A DNA stretch of 34,430 bases. It comes from a bacterium. GTDB taxonomy: Bacteria > Patescibacteriota > Minisyncoccia > UBA6257 > GWB1-50-10. The translations under genes and the position numbers were made by a program. Below, in pieces: positions 1 through 7,777 of the stretch (position 1 is its first letter; each line of letters begins with the position of its first letter). The stretch spans positions 8,486 to 42,915 of the forward strand of contig JAKAHT010000003.1 of assembly GCA_021814805.1 (NCBI GenBank). The letters run 5' to 3'. The notes below the pieces were generated by a model. It saw only the letters and a list, made by a program, of their open reading frames with translations. It had not been told where the DNA came from and did no database searches.

Positions 1-13
1 CTCGAAAATAAAA

Positions 14-40
14 TTAGCGGCGAAAGGTCAATATTGCTAA
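14..40 (+). promoter_or_regulatory. Degenerate CIRCE-like inverted repeat (TTAGCggcg-N9-tatTGCTAA) upstream of groES
   Basis: Same 9-N9-9 layout as the CIRCE consensus TTAGCACTC-N9-GAGTGCTAA. Only the outer 5-6 nt of each arm match and pair. Ends 10 nt before the groES ATG. Confidence 0.3.
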
Positions 41-50
41 TAAATAAAAA

Positions 51-347
51 ATGAATTTAAAACCGTTATCCAGTCATGTTTTAGTGGAGTTTGTCGAAAA
101 TGAAACTAAAACGACCAAGTCGGGCATAGTCCTTCCCGATTCAGTGGAAAAAAAGGAACAGTCCAAAGGTGTAGTTGTATCCGTCGGTCCAGGAAAGATG
201 CAGAACGGAACGAGAGTGCCTCCGGAAGTTAAACCGGGAGATCGCGTTATTTTTACGAAACCTTGGAGCGAAGATAAGAAAATGGAAGAGGAAAACAAAA
301 CCTATTTTTTGGTCGAGGAAGACGATATCCTTGCGATTATCCAATAA
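51..347 (+). CDS. groES: Co-chaperonin GroES (Cpn10)
   Basis: 98 aa. LKPL..hVLVe, SGIVLPD and GD.V.F...DILAI are typical Cpn10 strings. Lies directly upstream of groEL. Confidence 0.93.
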   Translation: MNLKPLSSHVLVEFVENETKTTKSGIVLPDSVEKKEQSKGVVVSVGPGKMQNGTRVPPEVKPGDRVIFTKPWSEDKKMEEENKTYFLVEEDDILAIIQ

Positions 348-366
348 TCACTAACAAAATAAACTT

Positions 367-2010
367 ATGGCAAAACAAATATTGTTCGATGACAAAGCCA
401 GGATGGCTATGAAACGCGGAATGGATAAGCTATCTTCAGCGGTTAAAATGACTCTCGGTCCGAGAGGCCGGGCGGCCGTAATAGAAAAGGGATACGGTGC
501 GCCCCAAGTGACGTTCGATGGAGTGACCGTAGCCAAAGAAATAGAGCTTAAGGATAAATATGAAAATCTGGGCGCCGAATTTTTAAAACAAGCGGCTGAC
601 AAAACAGACAACAATGTGGGCGACGGCACCACGACCTCAGTGGTTTTGGCCTATTCCATGATTGAAGAGGGGGAAAGAGCCATTAATGAAAAAGGATTCA
701 ATGTGATACAGCTTTCAGAAGAATTGAAACGCAGAAGTCAGGTGGTCATAAAAGCCCTCGAAGATCAAAAAGAGGAAATAAACGACAATAAAAAAGTCCA
801 AGAGGTGGCTACGCTTTCGGCCAAAGATCCAGAGATAGGCAAACTTATCGCCGAAGTCATGGATAAAGTCGGCAAAGAGGGAGTCGTGACGGTCGACGAT
901 TCTAATACCATCGGCAGTTCCTACGAAGTGGTCGAAGGAATGCAATTCGACCGGGGATATATTTCTCAATATATGGTTACCAACCAGGAAAGGATGGAGT
1001 CTGTTTTGGAAGATCCTTATATCCTAATAACCGATAAGAAAATTTCTTCGATAAGTGAACTCTTGCCTATTCTCGAAAAGATAATACAAAGCGGCAAAAA
1101 AGACCTTTTGATAGTGGCCGATGACGTGGACGGAGAGGCCTTAGCCACTTTAATAGTCAATAAAATCCGCGGCATATTCAATGTTTTGGCTGTTAAGGCT
1201 CCTGGATTCGGTGACAGGAAGAAAGAAATGCTTCAGGATATAGCTACGGTCACTGGAGCGACTTTCGTTTCCGAAGATTTGGGCAAGAAATTCGAGAGTA
1301 TCGAAATAAACGAACTCGGTCATGCTCATCGAGTAGTCTCCGACAAAGATAAAACCACTATTGTGGGAGGTACCGGAGATAAGAAGATCATAGAGGACAG
1401 AATTAAACAAATAAAATCGCAAATCAAATCAACCGACTCCGAATTTGATAAGGAAAAATTGGAAGAAAGGCTCGGCAAGCTTTCCGGAGGAGTGGCCGTC
1501 ATAAAAGTCGGTGCTCCGACCGAATCGGCTCAGAAAGAATTAAAGCAAAGAGTGGAAGATGCCGTGGGGGCTACGAGGGCGGCAATGGAAGAAGGAATAA
1601 TACCGGGCGGAGGTGTGGCTCTTTTCAATGCCATACCTTCCATAAATCCGGATAAGGACGAAAACGGTTCAATATCGGCGGCTGTTCATACCATACTTTC
1701 CAGGGCGCTTAATTCCCCAATAACCGCCATAATAGAAAACAGCGGAGAAAATGTTTCGAGCGTGACGGCTAAATTGAAAGAAAATTGGCAGAAAGGAAAA
1801 AGTTGGAACGGATTTAATGCCTTCACGAACAAGATAGAGGATTTGAAGGAAGCTGGAGTTTTGGATCCTTTGAAGGTTACAAAGACCGCTTTTATGAATG
1901 CCGTTTCCGTGGCCGCCAACTATTTGACAATAGGCGCCGCCATAACCGATATACCTGAAAAGAAAGAAAATACGAACCCGGGCCTCGGGGATATGGGAGG
2001 AGACTATTAA
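367..2010 (+). CDS. groEL: Chaperonin GroEL (Cpn60)
   Basis: 547 aa. MAKQILFDDKAR, GPRGR, VGDGTTT and AVKAPGFGDRRK-like strings. C-terminal GDMGGDY tail. Confidence 0.97.
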   Translation: MAKQILFDDKARMAMKRGMDKLSSAVKMTLGPRGRAAVIEKGYGAPQVTFDGVTVAKEIELKDKYENLGAEFLKQAADKTDNNVGDGTTTSVVLAYSMIEEGERAINEKGFNVIQLSEELKRRSQVVIKALEDQKEEINDNKKVQEVATLSAKDPEIGKLIAEVMDKVGKEGVVTVDDSNTIGSSYEVVEGMQFDRGYISQYMVTNQERMESVLEDPYILITDKKISSISELLPILEKIIQSGKKDLLIVADDVDGEALATLIVNKIRGIFNVLAVKAPGFGDRKKEMLQDIATVTGATFVSEDLGKKFESIEINELGHAHRVVSDKDKTTIVGGTGDKKIIEDRIKQIKSQIKSTDSEFDKEKLEERLGKLSGGVAVIKVGAPTESAQKELKQRVEDAVGATRAAMEEGIIPGGGVALFNAIPSINPDKDENGSISAAVHTILSRALNSPITAIIENSGENVSSVTAKLKENWQKGKSWNGFNAFTNKIEDLKEAGVLDPLKVTKTAFMNAVSVAANYLTIGAAITDIPEKKENTNPGLGDMGGDY

Positions 2011-2031
2011 AGGAGTTATCATATAGGTATT

Positions 2032-3675
2032 ATGGAAACCCCTTATAACTGGTCCGAGAAAGATAAATATTATCTCGAACCTTTCGTCACTAATCCCGAT
2101 GGATTGATTTCTGTTTTGAGAAATCTGCCTCCGGAAATAGCCGGTGCTCTTTGTTCTCGTGCGAGCCGCGCCTCGGGATCTCTTCTTGAAGTTTTTCTTA
2201 AGGAATATATTTACCCGATAATAAACGGTGAAGATAAAGTTCTATCCGAAGAACTTGAAAATACCGTCAAGTTTTTTCATGAACACGGATTCAAGAAAAT
2301 CTTGAATAATCAGCGGGCTCAGGCCTTTTACGCCAAATGGCTTTCGCAGTATGGCGACGACTCAATAGCTCAAATGACCGGTACTCACGTGGTTTTCTGG
2401 GGAATATCCCAGGTGGCCATGAAATTTATAGAAGATCAGAGAATCGGATTGGAACCGATAGAAAAATCGACCCGCTACGTCAACTTTGGCAATAAGGTCA
2501 ACGGGCATTATCTTTATCATGTCCCAGAAGATGACTTGAGAAGAACGGGTTTTTTCGAAGAATATGAAAGAACCCTCGACCATCTTTTTGATACTTATAT
2601 TCGTCTCATGCCACCGCTTCTCGATTGGCTCAAAAAGAACTACGAGGAAAAAGAATCAATACTGGAAAAAAAGGCTTTTGATACACTCCGAGGGCTTTTA
2701 CCTATGGCTACTTTGGGGCAGCTTGCCATGAGGGGGAACGCCCAAGCTTTGGAGTATTTGATAAACAGGACTGCTAAACACCATCTTTCAGAACTGAGGT
2801 GGATATCGGGAGCGCTTAAAAAGGAATTGGACGAAGAAATTCCTTCTCTTCTCTTGAGGGTTAATGATGAGCCTGCCCAAAAGTACCAAGCTTATTTGAG
2901 CGGACGGCACAATTCCGTTAGAAAATATATTAAAGAAGAAAATTTATCCCAAGAAAAAACGATTTCCGGCCAACCTTCCGTAAAGCTTGTAGAGTACGAT
3001 AAAGATGCAGTAAACAAGGTCATAGCCGGCATACTTTTTGAGCACACTCATGAATCCTGGGAGAATCTTTTAAAAACCGCCTCTTCACTCGACGAAACCG
3101 GTAAAAAGAAAATAATTTCTTCTTATCTTTCCGGCAGGAGCGAAAGGTGGCAAAAAGTCGGTAGAGCTTTCGAAAATTCATATCTTAGGTTTGAAATAAC
3201 CATGAATATAGGAGCTTACCGTGATTTACATCGTCACAGAATGATGACCCAAGAAAGACAACTTTTTTCGGCCCATCACGGATACGACATGCCGGAAGAA
3301 ATAAAAGAAGCCGGTCTTGAAGGAGAATTTTCAGAAGCCCTGGAAAAAGCTCGTGAGTTGTTCTTCCGAATGGAGAAAGTCGATCCTGGCTTGGCGCAAT
3401 ATACTGTACCTTTGGCTTATAGAATAAGATTTTTTGAGTGGCAGAACTTGAGGCAAATGTTCTGGGAATCTGAACTTCGCACCATTTCTCAAGGCCACCC
3501 CGATTATCGGAAAATAGAGCAGGAAAAATGGAGGGTCCTTAAAGAAAAACTGCCATTAATCTCCGAATTTATATTGGTTGATATGAATGACTACAAAATA
3601 GCGAGGAGGGGAACTGAAGAACAAATAAAAAAGAAGGAAGAATTTTTAATAAATGAATTGAAGAAAAAGAAATAA
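2032..3675 (+). CDS. Long-form ThyX-like (Thy1 family) protein, putative FAD-dependent thymidylate synthase
   Basis: 547 aa. N-terminal ...GALCSRASRASGSL... and C-terminal YRDLHRHRMMTQERQ (RHR core) resemble the long or duplicated ThyX-like proteins. The published RHR(X)7S motif is not exactly satisfied. Confidence 0.55.
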   Translation: METPYNWSEKDKYYLEPFVTNPDGLISVLRNLPPEIAGALCSRASRASGSLLEVFLKEYIYPIINGEDKVLSEELENTVKFFHEHGFKKILNNQRAQAFYAKWLSQYGDDSIAQMTGTHVVFWGISQVAMKFIEDQRIGLEPIEKSTRYVNFGNKVNGHYLYHVPEDDLRRTGFFEEYERTLDHLFDTYIRLMPPLLDWLKKNYEEKESILEKKAFDTLRGLLPMATLGQLAMRGNAQALEYLINRTAKHHLSELRWISGALKKELDEEIPSLLLRVNDEPAQKYQAYLSGRHNSVRKYIKEENLSQEKTISGQPSVKLVEYDKDAVNKVIAGILFEHTHESWENLLKTASSLDETGKKKIISSYLSGRSERWQKVGRAFENSYLRFEITMNIGAYRDLHRHRMMTQERQLFSAHHGYDMPEEIKEAGLEGEFSEALEKARELFFRMEKVDPGLAQYTVPLAYRIRFFEWQNLRQMFWESELRTISQGHPDYRKIEQEKWRVLKEKLPLISEFILVDMNDYKIARRGTEEQIKKKEEFLINELKKKK

Positions 3676-3686
3676 ACTGATATAAT
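3658..3686 (+). promoter_or_regulatory. Candidate promoter TTGAAG-N17-(TGa)TATAAT for the LemA operon
   Basis: Extended -10 TGATATAAT ends 9 nt before the LemA ATG (3696). No SD in between, which implies a leaderless or about 3-nt leader mRNA. Confidence 0.4.
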
Positions 3687-3695
3687 CAAACAATT

Positions 3696-4241
3696 ATGAT
3701 GATACCAATAATAGTTCTCGCGGTGGTAATCCTATGGCTGATATTCGCTTTCAACGGCTTGGTCAGAAAGAAAAACAGAATGGCGGAAGCCTGGTCAGAT
3801 ATAGAGGTTCAGCTGAAAAGAAGATATGATCTTATACCCAATTTAGTTGAAACGGTTAAGGGCTACGCCGCTCACGAAAAAACCGTTTTTGAAGATGTCG
3901 TAAAAGCCAGATCGGTAGCCATGGGTGCCGTGGATCCCAAAGCCAAATTGGAGGCCAACGATACTCTCTCTGGAACGCTGAAATCTCTTTTTGCCGTAGC
4001 TGAAAATTATCCGGCTCTCAAGGCCAATGAAAATTTCGAAAAACTTCAGGATGAATTGACCGATACGGAGGATAAGATCCAAGCGGCCCGCCGTTTTTAT
4101 AATGCCAACGTCAGGGATTTCAATATCGCCGTGGAAGTTTTTCCGACTAATTTAATTGCTGGTATTTTTCATTTCACCAAAGGAGAACTTTTTGATGTTG
4201 ATAATCCATCAGAAAAGGAACCCGTTCAAGTGAAATTTTAA
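3696..4241 (+). CDS. lemA: LemA family membrane protein
   Basis: 181 aa. N-terminal TM helix, then the WSDIEVQLKRRYDLIPNLVETVKGYAAHE signature typical of LemA (PF04011-like). Confidence 0.88.
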   Translation: MMIPIIVLAVVILWLIFAFNGLVRKKNRMAEAWSDIEVQLKRRYDLIPNLVETVKGYAAHEKTVFEDVVKARSVAMGAVDPKAKLEANDTLSGTLKSLFAVAENYPALKANENFEKLQDELTDTEDKIQAARRFYNANVRDFNIAVEVFPTNLIAGIFHFTKGELFDVDNPSEKEPVQVKF

Positions 4242-5152
4242 TGGCTACTCTTTATACTCAAGCTTCGACAAACACGAGAAAGACGTGGATTTTAATGACG
4301 GGAGTTTTTGTCTTGATAATAGCCTTGGGCTTTCTCTTCAGCCAAGTTTATAACTCTCCGGGTATTCTGATATTGGCTGTTTTATTGAGTTTCTTTTTGA
4401 ACATAGTCGGTTATTGGTATTCCGATAAAATAGTTTTGGCTTCTACCGGAGCGAAAGAAATCCAAAAAAAAGACAATCCTGAACTCTGGAGGATAGTAGA
4501 AAATCTTTCCATAGCTTCCGGATTGCCCATGCCTAAGCTCTATATAGTTCCGGTTGCCGCTCCCAATGCCTTTGCTACCGGCCGGGACAAAAACCACGCT
4601 TCGGTTGCCGTGACTGAAGGATTGCTCGAAATAATGAACAAAGACGAGCTTGAAGGCGTGATAGCTCATGAAATTTCACATATCGGCAACCGCGATATAC
4701 TGGTTTCGACGGTTGTCGTCGTCCTTGTGGGTGTGATATCCATAATGGCAGATTGGTTTCTTAGAATGAGCTTTTGGGGCGGCAATAGAAGAAATGATAA
4801 CGAGGGCAACAATAACATCATGTTTTTTTTGGGTATAGTGGGTGCCATACTCGCTCCTATAGCCGCCACCCTCATTCAATTTGCTATATCAAGAAAAAGA
4901 GAATCTTTGGCCGATGCTTCCGGAGCCCTTCTTACGAGATATCCCGAAGGGTTGGCGAGTGCCTTGGAAAAAATAGAAAACAACCCTTTCAAAACACAAG
5001 GAGCGAGTTCGGCCACGGCTCATCTTTATTTTACTAACCCATTCAAGGCCGATAGGGGCGATGAAAAGAAAACCCCTTTCTTTGTCCGTTTGTTCATGAC
5101 CCATCCTCCTATAGAGGAAAGAATAAAAGTTTTAAGAGAAATGAGCTTATGA
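4241..5152 (+). CDS. htpX: HtpX-type M48 zinc metalloprotease
   Basis: 303 aa. TM helices, HEISHIGNRD (HExxH) and downstream RESLADASGA (Glu ligand region), C-terminal THPPIEERI. Start overlaps the LemA stop (TAATG). Confidence 0.9.
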   Translation: MATLYTQASTNTRKTWILMTGVFVLIIALGFLFSQVYNSPGILILAVLLSFFLNIVGYWYSDKIVLASTGAKEIQKKDNPELWRIVENLSIASGLPMPKLYIVPVAAPNAFATGRDKNHASVAVTEGLLEIMNKDELEGVIAHEISHIGNRDILVSTVVVVLVGVISIMADWFLRMSFWGGNRRNDNEGNNNIMFFLGIVGAILAPIAATLIQFAISRKRESLADASGALLTRYPEGLASALEKIENNPFKTQGASSATAHLYFTNPFKADRGDEKKTPFFVRLFMTHPPIEERIKVLREMSL

Positions 5153-5511
5153 AAGAAAAGATAGGCAAGTATTTGGAACTTATCCTTTTACTACTTCTTA
5201 TAGTGCTTCTCGTTCTTTGCATTTCATTCATTAGACAATTCAACCATTTAAGAAAAGAAGTGCCGGTAAATTATATGGCTCGCCGCACTGTTCTGAACGC
5301 TGATTCAATCCAGGGCTGGATGACGTTCGACTATGTCAATAGAATATTTTCTCTGCCGACAAGTTATTTAAAATCGAGTTTGAATATATCCGACGAAAAA
5401 TATCCGAAAGAATTGATAGAAAGGTATGCCGTGGTTCACGGGTTGAATCCCGGCGATTTTTTAAAGAGCGTCCAAGATTCGGTTGGCAATTATCTGACAA
5501 ATCAAAAATAA
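5149..5511 (+). CDS. Hypothetical single-pass membrane protein
   Basis: 120 aa. Leu-rich N-terminal TM helix plus a roughly 80-aa soluble domain with no motif I recognise. ATGA overlap with the htpX stop. Confidence 0.55.
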   Translation: MKEKIGKYLELILLLLLIVLLVLCISFIRQFNHLRKEVPVNYMARRTVLNADSIQGWMTFDYVNRIFSLPTSYLKSSLNISDEKYPKELIERYAVVHGLNPGDFLKSVQDSVGNYLTNQK

Positions 5512-6120
5512 ATGGAGCCTGTCCTGACTTTTTTACTTTCCTATATACTTCTTTATAAATATATCGCCTTGTTTTTGATAGTTTTTTCGGCGGCCATAAT
5601 TTTACCTTTGCCGGTTACCGAACTTATGTTTGCTGTCGGAGCTTTCGTGAATCAAGGTTATTTCAATTTTGCAGCCACTCTTATAATCTCCCAGGTGGCC
5701 AACGTTTTGGGGGACCTTGTCGGTTATTTTATAACCCACAAGTACGGCTATGGAGTGATACACAAATTCAAATTGGACAGGTCCCGTTTCTTTGAAAGAA
5801 TGAAGGAGGAATTGAACATACACGTCAGATCCACCATATTCATAACGCGTTTTGCCGGAGGTCTGGGACCGGCGGCTAATTTCTTATCTGGTGCCGTCAG
5901 GGTTCCTCTTAAGTTGTTTTTTATTTACGATTTTTTGGGAAATTTGATCTATTTTTTGGGGATACTTTTGATAGGCAATTTAGCTGGAAGCTATTGGGAA
6001 AATTTTTCGCAAATAATAAGTATTTTCGTGAGTATAATCATGGTCACCACGCTCCTTTTGGGTCTGTGGCATCTTTATAAAAGACTAAAAAGAAATCACG
6101 CCGCTAAGTTGAAAGAGTGA
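5512..6120 (+). CDS. DedA/SNARE-associated family membrane protein
   Basis: 202 aa, polytopic. The FITRFAGGLGPAANFLSGAVRVPLKLFF region resembles the DedA signature. ATG directly follows the upstream stop (TAAATG). Confidence 0.75.
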   Translation: MEPVLTFLLSYILLYKYIALFLIVFSAAIILPLPVTELMFAVGAFVNQGYFNFAATLIISQVANVLGDLVGYFITHKYGYGVIHKFKLDRSRFFERMKEELNIHVRSTIFITRFAGGLGPAANFLSGAVRVPLKLFFIYDFLGNLIYFLGILLIGNLAGSYWENFSQIISIFVSIIMVTTLLLGLWHLYKRLKRNHAAKLKE

Positions 6121-6913
6121 GAAAAAGGGGATCGTGATCAGAAATCGGCGGCGTCAGGTATTCCGGTTTGTATTCTGTGACTTTTAATCCGGCCTTATCT
6201 AGGTTTTTAACCAGGATATAATCGTATCTTTTGGGTGAATGAATCCTGCTTAAAAAATTATCGACGTAAGCGTTTTCAGGGCGGTAAGTCGGTGAGATCG
6301 GCTCTCCTTCTTTAAATTTCGAAGGGTCGGAAAATCCGGTGGTCCTAAAAAGCTCCGCGAACTCATATTCTTTCATAAGGTAATTTTCATTGAAGTCACC
6401 GGCTAAAATTATCGGTTTATCGTAATTATTGGTTTTCATTACCATTTTCTCAGTTTGCTTGAATCTTATTTTTTGGCTGAAGAAATGGGTTTCTTGATGC
6501 ATATGAGTATTGACTATCTTTACATCGCCGATTGGGGTTTCCACTATCACTTCCAGAAATCCTTTTCGGCCCAGCGTTTCCGATATGGCGGAATTCAAAA
6601 AACGACTGTAAGGCACAAATCTGGAGCTCGTTATCGGAAATTTTGAAAATACCACGAGTCCGCCGGTCATGTCGAAAAGTTTTATAAATAAAATTCGGCG
6701 GGTTTCTATGACATCGCCGGCCATCATATAAGAGCCCCTCAGCTGTTCCTTGAGGAATGATCTGTTCTCAACGTCGAAAGATTCCTGAAGGCAGATTATA
6801 TCGGCTCCCGACTTTTTTAAATACTCCGGAAGATTTTTTATTCTCTTTTTTCTATCCTTGACGAACCAAAAAGGAAGGTCCCAAATATTTAAAGTTAAAA
6901 CTTTCAGGGTCAT
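6104..6913 (-). CDS. Endonuclease/exonuclease/phosphatase (EEP) family protein, neutral-sphingomyelinase-like
   Basis: 269 aa. The N-terminus LKVLTLNIWDLPFW...RIKNLPEYLKKSGADIICLQESFD resembles the nSMase/EEP pattern. GDFN and SDHDP motifs lie near the C-terminus. Confidence 0.75.
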   Translation of the reverse strand: MTLKVLTLNIWDLPFWFVKDRKKRIKNLPEYLKKSGADIICLQESFDVENRSFLKEQLRGSYMMAGDVIETRRILFIKLFDMTGGLVVFSKFPITSSRFVPYSRFLNSAISETLGRKGFLEVIVETPIGDVKIVNTHMHQETHFFSQKIRFKQTEKMVMKTNNYDKPIILAGDFNENYLMKEYEFAELFRTTGFSDPSKFKEGEPISPTYRPENAYVDNFLSRIHSPKRYDYILVKNLDKAGLKVTEYKPEYLTPPISDHDPLFLTLST

Positions 6914-6916
6914 ATT

Positions 6917-7597
6917 TTAGGCAATCATTTTTTCAACATTCTTCAAATCTTCTGGAGTCGCGAGAGGTATCCAAAAAGAAGCTTCTATTATTTTGAATTT
7001 ATAGCCATCAAGAACCATTTTTGAAATTGCTTCCGAAAGATAATATTGGCCACCGTTCTTGGGTTCAGGTTTATAATCGAATATCTTTCCGTTTAAAGTC
7101 AGGCCGTTAGATAAAACCAGATCAGAAATGAATTTATCGGGTTTTTCCACTATTCTTTTGACAGTATTGTCGGCGTTTTTTTCAACGACGCCGAATCTTT
7201 CCGGGTGTTCCGACAGGGAAACGGCCACGGCTAGGTTTTCGTTGGACAGCTCCTTGGCCGTTTTTTTATCTATAAGGTCGTCTCCGTAGAAGATCATGAA
7301 GGTTTCGTCTCGTTTCAAGAGATTCCGGCAGGTTTCGAGGGCGTGAAAAGTCCCTTTCATTTCTCTTTGTTCCGTGTAGGTGACCGGCCGGCCAAAAAAT
7401 TCCCGGCCGCAGTATTTTCTCACTTGCTCTCCCAAATAGCCGACGATTATTACGAATTCCGTCACTTTATCCGGCATTTTTTCCGCTATATGGCTTATAA
7501 GCGGCCGGCCGTTTATTTCAAGAAGGGGCTTGGGCTTATTTTCCGTGAGAGGCCTCATTCTCAATCCTTCGCCGCCGGTTAGTAATATGGCTTTCAT
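6917..7597 (-). CDS. Small sugar/phospho-headgroup nucleotidyltransferase (NTP_transferase fold)
   Basis: 226 aa. MKAILLTGGEGLRMRPLTENKPKPLL is the G-x-G-x-R-(x)n-K pyrophosphorylase signature. The size class matches LicC, HddC or MurU-like enzymes. Substrate not assignable by eye. Confidence 0.8.
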   Translation of the reverse strand: MKAILLTGGEGLRMRPLTENKPKPLLEINGRPLISHIAEKMPDKVTEFVIIVGYLGEQVRKYCGREFFGRPVTYTEQREMKGTFHALETCRNLLKRDETFMIFYGDDLIDKKTAKELSNENLAVAVSLSEHPERFGVVEKNADNTVKRIVEKPDKFISDLVLSNGLTLNGKIFDYKPEPKNGGQYYLSEAISKMVLDGYKFKIIEASFWIPLATPEDLKNVEKMIA

Positions 7598-7608
7598 CTT
7601 TTTAAATT

Positions 7609-7696
7609 TGGCGGAGGGGGCGAGATTCGAACTCGCGATACCTTGCGGTATACGCGCTTTCCAAGCGCGCGCACTAGACCACTATGCGACCCCTCC
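7609..7696 (-). tRNA. tRNA-Ser (anticodon GGA), CCA encoded
   Basis: Minus-strand sequence GGAGGGG-TC-GCAT..-CGCGC-TTGGAAA-GCGCG-long variable arm (TATACCGCAAGGTATC)-GCGAG-TTCGAAT-CTCGC-CCCCTCC-G-CCA. Class II cloverleaf, discriminator G. Confidence 0.9.
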
Positions 7697-7711
7697 TTCA
7701 GGGTCAAAATT

Positions 7712-7740
7712 AGTTTAGTAAAATAAAAGAAGTTTATCAA
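7712..7740 (-). promoter_or_regulatory. Candidate promoter TTGATA-N17-TAAACT for tRNA-Ser and downstream genes
   Basis: Read on the minus strand. The -10 ends about 15 nt upstream of the tRNA 5-prime end. Confidence 0.4.
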
Positions 7741-7747
7741 ATTCCTG

Positions 7748-7777
7748 TTGTGTTTCGTCGGGACTAAATGATAAAAT
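7748..7777 (+). promoter_or_regulatory. Candidate promoter TTGTGT-N18-TAAAAT for the aminotransferase/ABC unit
   Basis: The -10 ends 8 nt before the in-frame ATG at 7786. This would make that ATG a leaderless start and exclude the ATG at 7768. Confidence 0.25.
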
